DNA of 50,775 nt from Bigelowiella natans CCMP2755 (lineage: Eukaryota > Protista > Cercozoa): contig ADNK01000969.1 of NCBI GenBank assembly GCA_000320545.1, positions 1 to 50,775 of the forward strand, in the 5' to 3' direction. Positions 36,085-50,681 of the stretch are shown here, in pieces. The position numbers and the translations under genes are program-made. Below the pieces are notes generated by a model. That model was given only the letters and a program-made list of their open reading frames with translations. It was not told the origin of the DNA and ran no database searches. Position 1 is the first letter of the stretch; every line of letters starts with the position of its first letter.

Positions 36085-36844
36085 CTCGGGACAAAAACGC
36101 GTGATGTGCACGCAATGTGGCGCCTTCTTGTGGTAAGGAGAAGAAGAAGCAATGAATGAGCTGGGTGGCATTCATGACGCGCGTTAAGTTTCATCATGAT
36201 TGTCAATGATGAACCGTGGTTGACCGGCGAGACAATTTGGCTGCATAGCAGCGCGTTGACGTGGCAGTGCTGCTGGACCACGCTAGCACGCGCCCAAACT
36301 AGCTAGCAAGCTACACGAATCGCCAAGCTGCCACACAGCTAGACAGCAAAATGATGGTTGCTAGATCATTGAAGCTGTGGTCATGATGCTAGCATGCATG
36401 CATGCCAACTAGCTGAGGATCGCGACATGCCAACATGCATCTACAAACACATGCAACATCGCAATGTGTCAAAACGCCTTTGAATTCCATGCTTAGAACT
36501 GCCATGTTAATGCACGAAGGACACGCACAGCGCACAGCCATGAGGCGGATGATCTAGATATACGCGCGTCGCTAGACAATGAGCCAAGCGAGAATCAACG
36601 AGACGAGATCCATAACACACACGCGCATCGCGGGCGCTGTGTAGCATCGTACATATCCCTTGCATACTACATATTTTATTGATTGACATCATACAATGCA
36701 TAATGATTAGCCATTTTTGCGCTTGAAACTTGGATAGTTGCTAGCTACAAAAATCTAGACGGAAAGTAGAATAAATACATATCCCGGTTGGAGAAAGTCG
36801 AGCTGCATGATGCAACTTGGCTTCCAACTAGCTCGGCGTGTTGA
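36085..36844. other. Convergent intergenic spacer rich in short palindromes
   Basis: Examples: ctagctagcaagct (~36299) and ctagcatgcatgcatgcc (~36389). Confidence 0.55.
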
Positions 36845-37093
36845 CTAGGCGTTAGTAGTTGCACCAGGTATCTCCGAGAAAGCATCCTTATTTCCATGGG
36901 TAATTGTGAAGACTCCTGCGGCTGCGAGTGCTCCGATCACCTGCAAAATCGCGTCTCAATATATAAATATAAATATATATATGGTACATATGTGAATATG
37001 ATATGAACGCCCGACAAAGCTAATCATCTATATTCCACTTACTACTCTTCGTAAAAAGGCTGCCACATCATTGCAGATATTCTCGACACATCC

Positions 37094-37124
<31 letters not shown>

Positions 37125-37781
37125 TACGCAGAAAACCTACTCCTCACAAGCGGCGCTGCTACTGTACGATTCCTTCATTCATTCACTCCTATATTACCGG
37201 TGCGATCCAGTACAGCCAGAAGTCCATGAAATCCCCCGCGAGGAAGGGCAACGTAGTCCCAACAGCCGGGTTGAAAGCCCCGCCAGATACGCCTCCAGCA
37301 AGGGTGATAAGAGCAAAGACAACCATGCCGATGGCCAGCCCATAGAAGGAATTCTCCCCATCATCTTCACCAAACTGCAGCTCTTTCTTGGAAGGCCCCA
37401 CGGATGTGTGGAAAACAGTGAGCACAAGAGCGAAGGTTCCGAGCATTTCCAGTAGAAGTGCGGCTGGAATCGAAGCGGCGCCGCCTGCGATGGTGGGGTA
37501 CCCCATTCTCCAACCCATTAAGAATCGAGCGACCTGGGTGGTAGTAGCAAGTAGTACACGAGGGGGGGGGTTAGGGTTGTTTTTCGATGTTGTCGGTGCT
37601 GGAAGTGTTCGCTTCGGTTTGATCCGTTCAGTAGTTTATATACAACGGATATTAGTGCTCTTTGATTTTTTACTAGAGTTTCATGACCATATGTGTACAC
37701 ACACACACACACATACACACACACACACACACACGCAAACACTTGGATATCTATGATTGTGTATTTCGGTGTTGAGTGTGT

Positions 37782-37818
<37 letters not shown>

Positions 37819-39425
37819 AGTGCGTGAGAAAGAGAGAGCGAGAAAGAGAGAGGGTGTGTGCATGTTCCATATTTAAAATGATGATGATGTATCATGATTC
37901 ACATTGCCAATTTGTATCTATATTTTGACAATCATTTCAAGCAGCAGCAGCAGCAGCAGCAGCACAAATATCGTACCCCAGCTGCCAGGAGAGATCCCAC
38001 GAATTGAGACACAATATAGAAACAACCTGCAGCAGCGCACACACAGTATCGTTAGCATCATTTCGCTGATAATGCACGAGAGGATGGGACATTTCATCCT
38101 CAACATGATGATCTCAAGATGATGATGACAGGAAGCAAAAGCTCTTACCTAGCCCAAGCATCAATTTGCTACAGCTCAAAGAAAGAAATGCATGCATGGC
38201 AACAGCAAAGAGTTTGCTTAAGCTGATTCGATCTTGACTATTCATTCTCCTCACGACGCATAGTAGTAGTGGTAGTAGTAGGAGTACCTTTCCTGAACTC
38301 GATCGCACCGGTTGAGTACACCGCAGCAGTAACCGCTGGATTGAAATGTCCTCCTGTATAGAGGGGGGGGGAGGGGGCAAAGGCTCTTAAGCGTCTGTTT
38401 TCTCATTTGTCTTTGTTATATATCTGAGAAGTGCTGAAGAGGATCCCACAGGTTGAAATTCCGCGTCTACCCCCCTCTCCCTTCGTTGTTCGCTCTCCTC
38501 CTCCTCCTCCTCCTCTTCTTCCACAACAACAACACGTACCAGAGATATGGCCGCTCATGAACACAACAGCAACGAGAATCGCCCCAATGGACAACGGGCT
38601 GCTCACAGCAATGGTCGCAACAACACACCAAATAACAACAAACCGAACTGAGCATTCGTAGCGGGGTAACGTATAAGTTCGGTGGTCCCACAAATGAGAG
38701 TAGGGGGTGATTCTTATAACCGTGACCGGCTCTCATCGGATGCTCTTGTCAATAGAAAGACGACTCAAAATCACTTGCCTAGCCTCGCGAAATCGATTAC
38801 AAAATCTAGTGTTTTCGCTGCCAACGCCTTCCTCTACATGTGCCCCACTCGCCCCCCCCCCTCCCCCACCCCACCCGGATAACACGCTTTGAAACCACCC
38901 ATTTTCTTTCTTCTTCTACTGCTACTTCTACTACTACCGGGGTGGTGGTGGTGCACAACATACCCAAGAAGCGAGTTTGATGACATTGAGATTACAAAGG
39001 TGAGGAAGAAGGTACCCACCGCCTCCATGATGTAAGGGCTCAAGCCCCTGATAGCTGCCGACGGTTTGGGCACATACGACTCAAGGGCAAACTCGTCGCC
39101 ATTCGTTGCCTGCGCGGTAGTAGAGGAAGAGGACAGTGAGGGGGCGGGGGAGGAGGAGGAGGAGGAGGAGGAGGAGGAGGAGGAGGAGCCGCATGCACGC
39201 AATCTCTCGGCGAGGCAAATTGACGAACTACCCAGAAGAACAAAGCCGCTGTGAATGCTCCTAGCATAGGCCCGATCCAGAAAACGGTGACATCCAGAAA
39301 GGAGCCTTGCATCACAGGAAGCCCTGTTCCTACAGCCTGTGTGAGGACGACGACGACGAAATGATACAAAAGACAGTACAGATCAGTAGTCTGCGTCATC
39401 CATTCCCCCACCCCTCCCCCCTTTC

Positions 39426-39469
<44 letters not shown>

Positions 39470-39711
39470 TTCTCCGTGTGCGTGGTTTGGGCATCATAAT
39501 TTTTGTGCAGTATTTCATTGCTCAGCAGCAGCAGCTAATCCGGCTGCGATCGAGGAATATATGATGTTACGCATTGTATGATGTATCACTGGATTGAAAG
39601 CGCCTCCCGAAATGTCCCCTACCGACACGATTCCTGGCAAATTAGAGAAGTGACGAATTATCATGAAAATTCGGATATTATTAATGCAAGTATAAGTGCA
39701 TAAATATAATG

Positions 39712-39761
<50 letters not shown>

Positions 39762-40075
39762 ATCCTGCTCCTGGTGAAACATGTTGATTCACATATAGGC
39801 CAGTGTTCGGTACAACAACTCCATCCATTCCAGAGTGCTAATCATGCAACGAGAGAGCTACACCCCGCCCTCTATTGGCATTCATTTTCCCCTCGTTTCG
39901 ATTCGCTCACCAGAGAATACGGTCAGTCCAATGGCAAGGCCATAAAAGGAGTTGTTTGGACGTTGGGAGTGCCCCGCCACGTTGAGCACCACCTGGCAGT
40001 AGAAGTCATTGAGCTTGAGAAGTTAATTCGGAGCCGTCATCAGAGATGACGTCACTATTAGTACTATTATATAAC

Positions 40076-40114
<39 letters not shown>

Positions 40115-41374
40115 GCAATCGCCAATCGTATATCATCCAAGCACCTTCGCAAGAATGAAGGTGAATAAGAACTCGCAAATTATTGCTGAAATGTGCCTTC
40201 CAGGTGCCACGCTAGGATACCCTGTGGTGTGTATATATTCGAGGGTTCGAGGAAGGAGGATGATGTGCCATTGCTCCTTGTTAGTACAGGAAGCAGTGGC
40301 TGCAGCAGCTCAACATTTTATTAAAATGTGAGTGTTAGACGCTCATTGCTTCTTCTTTTTCTTTTTCTTTTTCTTCTATTTTACCAGGTGTCAGCCCTTC
40401 GCCCTTGGCTATCACACCGCCAACAATCCCAGCGATAAAGGAGGCGGCAACCTTTGCACACATTGATCGAGAGGGTGGGTGGAATTATATAGATAATATT
40501 ATCCATCTGTATTACTGTTTGTGTGAGTTTGTGAGAGAGAGAGAGTGTGTGTGTTGAATACCTGTGTGGCAGCATAGTAACTGGCCTTCATCCAGCTGAG
40601 CTTGCCGGTAAGTGCAACAGCGAAGGTCTACAACAAGAAGCGCACCCATCAGAATGAGTCCATCGGTCAAACCGTTTGTAGACATATCTCAATTTCTCCT
40701 ATTCTTACTATAGCTGGATTGTAGTGCGCTCCACTGATCTGTCCCCCCATGAAGGTCATTGACATCAGCATGGCACCGATTGCAAGTGGTCCTAAAGCAC
40801 TATCAGCTGAAAGCCTGAGGAGGAATATGTTGCGCAAACACATTAGGACAGGGTTCTCCATTTTCTACTCTTTTAAGAGGAGTTGGAAGCAGTGTGGTTA
40901 TTCGAAATAATAGAGAAAACTTTGCTTGTCATAGCAGACGGAAAGCTTAGAGGTAACGTGGCGGAAGAAAATGCATGTGGAAATTTGTGATTGAACTTAC
41001 GTGATCGTGAGACATAGGAAAAATGTTCCCACAAATTCCGTTAAGAGCGGTGCAAGAAGCCCCGGGCATCCACCAGAGCAAGTCGAGGTCTGTGGTGTAT
41101 GTGAATAATAATAATAGTAATCATAGCACATTTTTTATGAGATTTAAAAGCAGGGCACTCTAAACTCTAGTCAGATGGAGTGGTAGAACTTTGAAATGGA
41201 CGCGTGAACTTCCTACATGTGAGGGTGTTTTTGTAAAAGGTGTGGTGTGTGCCCCCCTTCCCGGAGAGTTCTTTCCCGGCAAATTGGTAACAAAGGATGC
41301 AGTCCCCCCTTCCTTGCAAGCATGCATAGCACGTAGGTCAGTCACATAATGGCATAAACCTTGACGTCGTTCAT
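36845..41374 (-). CDS. Tandem two-domain aquaporin (MIP family)
   Basis: Exons join without a stop into two full MIP repeats: EFVGTFFL..ISGAHYNPAI..NSFYGLAIG..SGGAFNP/AVG..WIGP, then a linker, then EAVGTFFL..HISGGHFNPAVT..NSFYGLAIG..SGGAFNPAVG..WIAP. The start exon (MNDVK, 41374-41360) is tentative. Confidence 0.88.
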
Positions 41375-42065
41375 GGGTGCAAACTTGGATTAGCAGTCAC
41401 TCGGGAAGGTAGGTAGGGAGTGGGTACACAATAGCCCCCCTAATCGAGATTAGAGTGCCCACGAGAAAACAACCTTCCTAACGAAAACATAACAACGGCG
41501 TGAGATTTGCTTTCTGCGACAAGGAATTCCGTTTGTCGCAGGCATTTCCCATCCACGAGAAAACGATGTTGGAGCCTACGAGAATCAAAATTTAAAACAA
41601 AAGCTGAGCACTAGGAGACGATAAGGCCCGTTGGAACATGCGTCACAACATTCTCACGGTTAAACAGGAGATTCCTCAGAGTTTTTTGTACATGTCTTTA
41701 GTGAGTCTCGGGTGAATCTCCGAAATCGATATCATCTATCATAATCAACTCAAAAATGGAGACACGTTAAAAAGACGACAAACCATGTCTTGTTCCTTCG
41801 CTGCCCTGCAACAATAATGTGCACAACATTTCGTATCCACATAATTATAAAACGTTCGGAACTAATTTTACTAACAGGAAAACGCATTTTTGTCACACAT
41901 GTGGCGATATAAAAAGTATGATGTTTTCGGCATAATTTATTGACGCATCGGGCGAACAGCAAAGAACAGAAGGAACAGTGCTCGTGTGCAAACCTTCGCC
42001 CCCCTACTAGGAAAGAATACTCGAAATAGCGGGAGCAGAACTCCGTTGGGACCTGCAGGGAAGGG
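41375..42065. promoter_or_regulatory. Probable bidirectional promoter between the aquaporin and the PH-pseudokinase
   Basis: Microsatellite-free spacer between divergent start codons. Confidence 0.4.
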
Positions 42066-44127
42066 ATGGCACAGGTGCGTTTGTTCATTGTATTTTTTGT
42101 AGTGGTTGTTGTGGGCAAACCTTCCAACCGGTTTAATTAGTCACAAGGAGGCGTGAGACATTATGAAGGATTCTTGCATAAAAAATCACCGAAAAGCATC
42201 ATGGGAATGCATCGCTGGCAGGTAGTAGTTGTTGAATATGCTGCAAAAATCTTCGAAGACATCCCACTTCTCTACCCACTCCAATTTCTTTTCTTTGCAA
42301 TCGTCGCCCTCATCCGCATACATCAATCAGCTCCGATTTTGGGTTCTCTATGAGGACAGACTCGAGTATTTCAAAAACAAGGACGATAAGCAGCCAATAG
42401 GTGGTGGTGAAAACACACATAAGATTATATGCATCCTTTACAAGTGCACACTCTTCTTTTGCATTTGGTTGGCCCCACAAAACTTTATTGTAAATGTGCG
42501 CAAATAAGATTTCCCCTCCACTACGTATAATTGTAGGGTCGATACCGATTAACTTCATTCTGAATGTGGTGGAGCATTTGAAGAGGGGTGGCGCTAGATT
42601 CGACATTACCATTGATGGTAACTAATAGGCCGTTAAAGAGTTTTGATTACGGGTCAAGGTGGGAGGTTTATGCGGAGGAGGAGAGGACGAAATCGTAGCT
42701 GAATCGAAGAGCTTATTACAAAATTACTTAAAGCTGCTTCCCATCGCTTGCCTCACAAACGCACGCGCGCACACATATACACATTAGTACATTAACACAC
42801 ACACATACACACACACACACACACACAAGCACACACCATCACATCACAACAGGTGAATCCGAGCGTGTATTCTCCTTGCTGGCCGAGACGCAGAAACTTT
42901 GCCAAAAATGGGTTAAGGTGATAGTTTATTAAAAATCCGTGTAAAACGACGATAACAACATCTCCCAGCCCATCTCAATTTAGAAAGCTACTGTGCTGCG
43001 ATTGCAGGAATGTTGATATTTGCAACGCTCACACAATGCTTTGCTCTACGTCGTCGTTGTATTCTTCTATGATTGATTAGGAGTTGAATTCGGTTTTGGC
43101 TATAGCTGCTCGCAAGCCAGTCCTAGGAGCGAAGGTGCGTTTGCAACACCCATGTAGCAAAGAAACACGCGCATCAGTGTATTCTAAACAATGTCAGGCA
43201 CTCGTCGAAGGCAAGACGCCATGGAAAAACAAGGACATTCTCCGGTATGTAGATGGGCTACACTCGCAACATCTCACGTGGGCAGTATCAGCAGTAGTAA
43301 TTGCGAGTTGGAATGTAACACTACACCATGCAAACGTGCAATTCAGCTCATCTGCCCATATTAGTTACCATCCATGTCGTGAAGCAGCTTTTGCCGATAT
43401 GTTAGGGCCTCAAAATCACGGCTGGATCAGAAGAGCCACGGCCCAGAGAATGACGCACCTCTACTCAACAGACGTGCAAGGTGGCAAATGACACAACTTC
43501 TCCCTGCAGTCTCCAACAATCCCTTCCTCTCTGTGGTTTCCTTCGCATATTTGCAGACAAATAGTAGCCGGATTTCCATCACTTTATGAGAATGTTCTTC
43601 TTTGCCGTCGCGCTGTCTCGTGATTGACGTGTTTTTACAGTGTGGGAGCAATAGCTTTAAAAATCATAAGAAAGCACCAATGATATACGATATATGCTGT
43701 ACTAGTGGTGGTGCTGCTATGGAAAAACATCGGTTTATCTCATAGTATCTATTTCCATGCTCTGACCACAGGGATCATGGGTACGTGTGTGGAAAGCAGC
43801 TCAAATCGTTTGCTCACGGTTATGGATTTGTCTGCAAGGTGATGATACTACTTGTTCTTAATATTAGTGTGGTGTTATTTTCTTTGCGATCGACATCACG
43901 ACCGCCGACACAACGACTTGTCCTTTTGAGAGATTGCGAGTAGCAGCAGCAGCACCAGTAGAAACAACAGCAACATCAACTTGTTCCGCGTTGCGACACC
44001 CTCTGCTGAGCAAGGAGGATGATTCTTCTTGGGCTTTTTATCATCACATAATTTCTCTTCAAGGCATCACGAGTCAAGCAGCGGTTCAACGGCCTAGTAC
44101 ATATCGTTCCGAAAGGGGTATTAACAA

Positions 44128-44161
<34 letters not shown>

Positions 44162-45423
44162 GATGACGACGCCAGAGAATACAAAAGATGTTTCCAGATA
44201 ATGTGTACTTGTTGATGAATCTTTGTCGTCGTCATGTGGTCCTCATCTAGGGAGCGGACTACAAGAAGATCCACGAATATTTCACGTCCCAAGTAGAGGT
44301 TGATCGGCCTATGTTCATGAAAGTGGAGGTTGGTTTGTAGTAGTAGTAGTAGTAGTAGTCGTCGTCGTCGTCGTCCACTTAGTTAGTAGCATGTAGTAGC
44401 GCCACCATTATAATAATACAAACCTCAACATAGTAAGTGCTAGTAGATCTACAAGAGGAAAATGAGGAGAAGGAGGAGGAGGATTCTCCATTTCGTTCTC
44501 TCTTCTCTCTCTTTCTCTCTCTCTCTCTTGGTCACGATTGATATTGAACAAACAAACAACAGATTGCAGGGGCAACAGCGGACTCCCAATTCATCGTGTA
44601 CGATCATGGTAGTGCGTGTGGCACAAACAACTGCCCATAATAGTCACAGATATTTCTCAAAAATTGAGACGCAAAATGTTCGTTCTGCGACGACGTGTAC
44701 AAGAAAAGTTTTATATTTTCCATCAAAGAATGCAAGATTATTAGTCCTTATCTCCATTTCACTCTACAAATTACACATCGCCCCCTTCTTCCCTCTCCTC
44801 CTCCTCCTCCTCCTCCTCTTCTAGGCATTGGATCTCTCTTTGCTCATCTTAAGGCGAGGGGGAGGCTCAACGAGGGCAAGGTAAATGGGGGGGGGGGGGG
44901 GGGTGGAGCACTTCGCGATTTGTTTACGCAACATGTCACTTCTCCTGCTATGTTTTATTCGTGTCTGCGTTCCACACTCATCATCGTTTGTCCTTTCATT
45001 TTTAAAAGTATTTACATACATAATATATATATATATATATATATATATTTAAAAAAAAAAGGTTCGGACGATCGGTGCGGAGGTGTCACTCGCGTTGAGG
45101 GTCATCCACGCGGAGGGTGAGTAGAATCTCTGCTCGCAAACAGCGATGTTGTGCACATGGACTACTACCTGAAATATTGAAAGGAGTCGAGGGGTGGTGG
45201 GCCTACACAAGGCCATGTGGGGATTTATTTCTCCTTACTGCTACTGATGATGACGCTGATGGTGGTGATGAGCATGGCAATACAGACAGAAAGAGAGCGC
45301 GGATATGCGATGAGAATAATGATTGCTTACCCTTCTCTACTTGCTACTACAGGACTGACATTCTCAATGCTACGACCGGAGAACATCTTTCTCACGCCAA
45401 AAGGCCATGTCAGATTGGTCGGT

Positions 45424-45462
<39 letters not shown>

Positions 45463-46191
45463 CGAAGTTATTCATTGGTTGGGGGTGTGGCTTTCCATAG
45501 GGTGCGTGTAGAGGTAGGGATCATGTTTTCCCTGATTTCCACTCCTGTATGAGAGAGCTGCTGCTGTGTGGTGCAAGCATTTCACTGAAGCTGATGGTTT
45601 TTTGGGAACAATATTTGCATTTCTCAGGTGGACTGCTGGCATAATTCCGGTGCGAAGACATGGCACAAACACACACAACGCACACGCAACACACACACGC
45701 ACATGCCCCACATGTACTTATTTTGTGTGCGTGCGTTGTGCTCTCTTTATGTAATCGCTTCACAGGTCTTTCTTGTGAAGCTCATGTGCTGGAAGATATC
45801 GTATCAGAGTAATCATTGATCATTCTGCGTAGAGACGTTATGAACAGTTTCGCAGTGTGCGTGTTGAGTTGCTGCTTTGAGGGTTAATCATCACCATCAC
45901 CATCACCATCACCATCACCATCATTTCGGTTCATGCACTCGATGAGTTCGTTGTTTGCTGATAATAACTGATAACCGTTGTCCCCCTTCAGATACGTGAC
46001 ACCGGACTATTTGGAGAACAAGACCGAGGACGCGTTGAGCGACTGGTGCCTGTTGTTGGCGTTCTCTCCATGATGACATCGAATACAGAATGATATCTAT
46101 GCTGCGTTATTGGTGATGATGGTGGTGGTGTGGTGAAGTGATCATTAGACGGGCGCATGTGTACATATTCCGCGTATTCATCATCACCATT

Positions 46192-46223
<32 letters not shown>

Positions 46224-46557
46224 TGTGTTTTGTTGTTGCTGCTGCTGCTGCATGATGAGGATGATGATGATGATGATGATGATCTAGGTGGAGGCTGGGC
46301 ATCTTACTCTACGAATTGACATGTGGAATCCCGCCCTTCCATTCCTTGGTGCTATTCATTGCTCATTTCTTTCTTGCATTGTGTGGAAAACGACAACTAT
46401 TATTATCATTATAATTATTATTATTGTTTTTGTTATGATAGCTTCCATAGAATATGAGACATTGAACGAGACGAAGATAGTCAGTAGTAGGAGCATTAAG
46501 TCCGATATTTAAAAAATGAATGATTTATTGTTCTTGTTCTTTTGTTGTTGTTGTTGT

Positions 46558-46589
<32 letters not shown>

Positions 46590-46683
46590 CTACTGGTGGT
46601 GTTGCTGCAAAGACTCACGATCGGAACGAGGTATTGGAGAAGATCCGAAAACATCAAGATCTGCTGCCGACACTACAGGTTGG

Positions 46684-46717
<34 letters not shown>

Positions 46718-48101
46718 ACTACTCATCGTTTCATTTCTTCCAGCATTCAACAAATCTCCCTCTTTCACTCATTGTTTCTTTTCCCCTTCTCGTCCCCCCC
46801 CCCACACACACACCTTATTACTTACGCAGTTTCCAAAGGACTCAACAGCAGCAGCAAGGGGGTTCATCAAGTCCCTCCTAGGCACACGCGAGACCAGAGA
46901 AAGGCAGCAGCAGCAGCAACAACAACACACAACAAAAAGAATAGAATTTCGTTCGGAGTAGTAGTAGTAGTAGTAGTTATTGTTGTTGTTGTATGTATTT
47001 ATTTATGCATTCCAAGCTTGTCGCTCATGAACAAATCTAACGGATAACTATTCAGATTCACGGAGTGGAACAACATAGAGAAAGACCCCTTCTTCGCCAG
47101 CGTCGATTTCGAGGCTCTATGGTGTGTGTGTGTGTGTGTGTGTGTGTGTGGAAAAGGCTATTTGCAGCAGCGTATCATTTCTCGGTTTGATTTTGGAACG
47201 CAAATTGGGAGGGAGGGAGGGAGGGAGGGAGGGGGGGAGAGAATAAAACGAAATAGCAGAGTTCTCTGAATGAACAAAAGAGTGAAAATATGTTCCCCAT
47301 TATGCTGCTGCGATTTGTGCTCACGTCTGAGAGCCCATTTCCCTCATCCCTTTCTTCTTCTTCCTCTTCTTTTTCTTTCTTGTTCTTCTTCCATATCCTC
47401 CTCATCAAACTGTGCGGCTCAGGCGGAGAGAAGAAGCCGAGGTACGAATATGTACATACATTACTAACAGCGTTTGTTGCGACAAGCCTATTTCCTATTA
47501 ATTTTGATAATGATGATGATGATGATGATGATGATGATAGCGGTGGTGGTGAGGATGCGCAAGGCAGCAGCGGGACACCATATATCGATCATACATTACT
47601 TCACTCACAAAATAACCTCATATTAAAATTTGGCATGATTCATTAAATGAATCACTCAGGCGGAGATAAGGAGGAATAAGCGCAAAAAACACTATGTTCC
47701 GACCTTCAACCTAAGGGTAGTAGCGTGGACCGCAGCTCTCATCATCATCGTCATCACCACCACCACCATCTTGCCAACATAAAAACCAATTAGAAAATAA
47801 TAATAAAAACAACGGGAAAGCACCGATGATTCTGTGCCGCGTCGATCGTCGCGGAGAACCGACTAGCTTGCTGCTCAGCACCGCAAAATCTTTGGAAAAG
47901 AGGAGACATTTGGCGGCACTTTCCTCCTCCTCCTCCTCCTTCTTCTTCTTCTTCTTCTTCTTCTTCTTCTTCTTCTTCCGCTCTCATTTCTCTCTCGACT
48001 ATGAAAACAGGTGATGCTGCAAGCTGTGCGCGACCTGCGATTTGGAAAGCTTTCCGACAACAAAAGCGTCACCTTGGGTGCGTAGTTACTACCAGGAGGA
48101 A

Positions 48102-48133
<32 letters not shown>

Positions 48134-48134
48134 T

Positions 48135-48167
<33 letters not shown>

Positions 48168-49095
48168 ATATATCACATCTGCGCTGCCCGTCTTTTAGAT
48201 GCTCTTTGCTGTGTGTGTATCACTACCTGTGCATTCTGGAGAGTAAATGGTCGGCCCATATACCAGAGCGGGGTGGGGGGGGGGGGGAATGGGAGAAGTA
48301 AAAACGGGGGAGAAATATTTTTTAAAGCTAGTTCTTATGGTGTTTGCATATAGCATAAATATCATCATCTTCCTCATCATCATCATAGGAGTCAAGAGCG
48401 ACCGTGAGAGCCACGCGCACATTACTGCACCTGTTTTGTAAGAAAACCTTCCAAACACAATTATATAAGACGTCATGTTGGAAGAGGAGGCAGCGAGAGG
48501 GAAAAGGCGAAGAGATACGGAGCAGACAAGCACGAATCTAATATTAATATAATATATTTATATATGTGTTTATATATTATATATATATATATGGGGCAAA
48601 AAAGAAGGAAACATCGTGTTCGAGCCCATGTTCTTTTTGTGTTGTATAATGGTCTCTTTCCTCTTCTCTCCTCCCCTCCTTATCAATTCCTCGTTGATTA
48701 TGCTTGTCATCGACTCTCCTTGGTTTGTACCAGGTACTCGAGCACCAGTCTTGAATTCAATCAGCGTAATATATTTATCATGGAAAAGCTTACAGGTGTC
48801 CTCTGTCCCTCACCCCCCCCCCCCCCTCTCTCTCTCTCTCTATTTCTTTCTCCGCACGTGCGTATGTGCGTGCATGCGCGCGCGCGCGCGCGCGCTTGAT
48901 GATATGCTCGTCGAGCAGGCTCCTGAATGGTGATGTGATTGTTTGTTTGTTTCTCTTCCTCCTTCTACTTACTACTTATCTCATCAGAGGACGTATCCTT
49001 CCAACTCTTCGTGCATTGCCACGATGATCAAACGTAAGTACTACTAATGAACGCTGCTGCTACAACAACAACTACAACTATTACTACTTCTTCTT

Positions 49096-49126
<31 letters not shown>

Positions 49127-49352
49127 AAATTGCTGCTGCTTCCTCTTCTCACCACTACTTGTTGTGAGACATTCTCTTCCTTCCACTACTCAAACTACTC
49201 TGGTTATCATCCCGAAGGAAAAGCAAGAGCTCTGCCCACACGAACATCAAGTTGAAAGAGATCTCGCAGGGAGGTATATATTATGATTTTGCCAATATAT
49301 AACATCATACGATGATGATGATGATGATGATGACGATAAAGCAATCGACACA

Positions 49353-49387
<35 letters not shown>

Positions 49388-49474
49388 CATATCCAGGCGA
49401 GATGAAAGTGGGTTTCGGGTATGAGAAATGGGGGGATTTGTTCTCCAGCGATTCTAGTACCATTGCAGATGTTA

Positions 49475-49511
<37 letters not shown>

Positions 49512-49574
49512 ACTGCTTGTATAGTAAGCAGTAGTAATAACTACTGGTTGACGATAGTATTGCGTACGCGACCG

Positions 49575-49617
<43 letters not shown>

Positions 49618-50467
49618 GTGTGTGTGTGTGTGTTTAATGGATACAAACACACACACAAACACAAACACACTTTAGTACATAATTTAATCTGTTTTCCCTC
49701 TCTTGATTTTGAATGTCCCTCCCCCCCCCCCCTCCCTCTAAACGTGTCGCAATGATCGGTCGATAAATCAATCAATCAATCAATCAATCAATCCATCCAT
49801 CAATCAATCAGCTAACGGTTGAAATCGAGAAAGTGAACAAGGCTCCGAACCACATATCTTCTACTCTTTCATACCAAGAATTCTTTGAGGTAGTAGTGGT
49901 AGTAGTAGTAGTAGTAGTAGCACTAGTAAAGTAGTAGAAATGTGATATTAAATAGTACGAGTAACATCGTGCAATGCTTTCCTGCCCTTCAAAGCGAGTA
50001 TTTGAGATTGTTGCGGAACTCTCCACCAAAAAATAGCTGACGAGTTGACACGACTACTATGAAGCAGAATGGGGGGGGGGGGCATACGTTTCTCCCAGCA
50101 GCCAATTACGCGGTTTTCTTTTTACACTCTTTCTCCTTGTATCGTTACACAATGGCTCAATCACACCTGCTTCTTTTCACTGCTTTTCCGGTACACCATC
50201 CTCCTCCCTCTTTCCCTCGTCGGCCGCAAAGATCGATGTTTTCAAAGGAGGTGCTGGCGGGGGGGGGGCGAATGGCCTGCACCCCAAAACGGCATTAAAA
50301 GGGGCAGAAGGCTTTCGCAGCACGGCGGAGAAGATACGTCGGATGCGCTCCACGATGATGAACCTTAAAGGTGCTCATAATAATAGTAGTAGTCGTCGTC
50401 GTCGTCGTCGTCGTCGCAATGCAGCATTCCCAGAATACCAGAAAACGAGCAAAATAACGAGGGAGAG

Positions 50468-50511
<44 letters not shown>

Positions 50512-50641
50512 TGATATTTCCGTTGAGCATCGTGAGTAATAAAGATGGTTTGTCCAAACTACTACAAAACAAATATTAGGCAGTGCGATGGGAGGCGGGA
50601 ACACGAGGGAAGCTGCTGTGCGTACAGACCGTATTATATAG

Positions 50642-50681
<40 letters not shown>

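Noticed and set aside
36085-36135. CTQC zinc-knuckle-like ending (MCTQCGAFLW) for the 31591 orphan
   Set aside because: It lies in a different frame from the spliced last exon, which stops at 36084.
43430-43480. Possible extra kinase exon (RATAQRMTHLYSTDVQG)
   Set aside because: Including it shifts the next exon out of the frame that gives the kinase N-lobe. The flanking exons join correctly without it.
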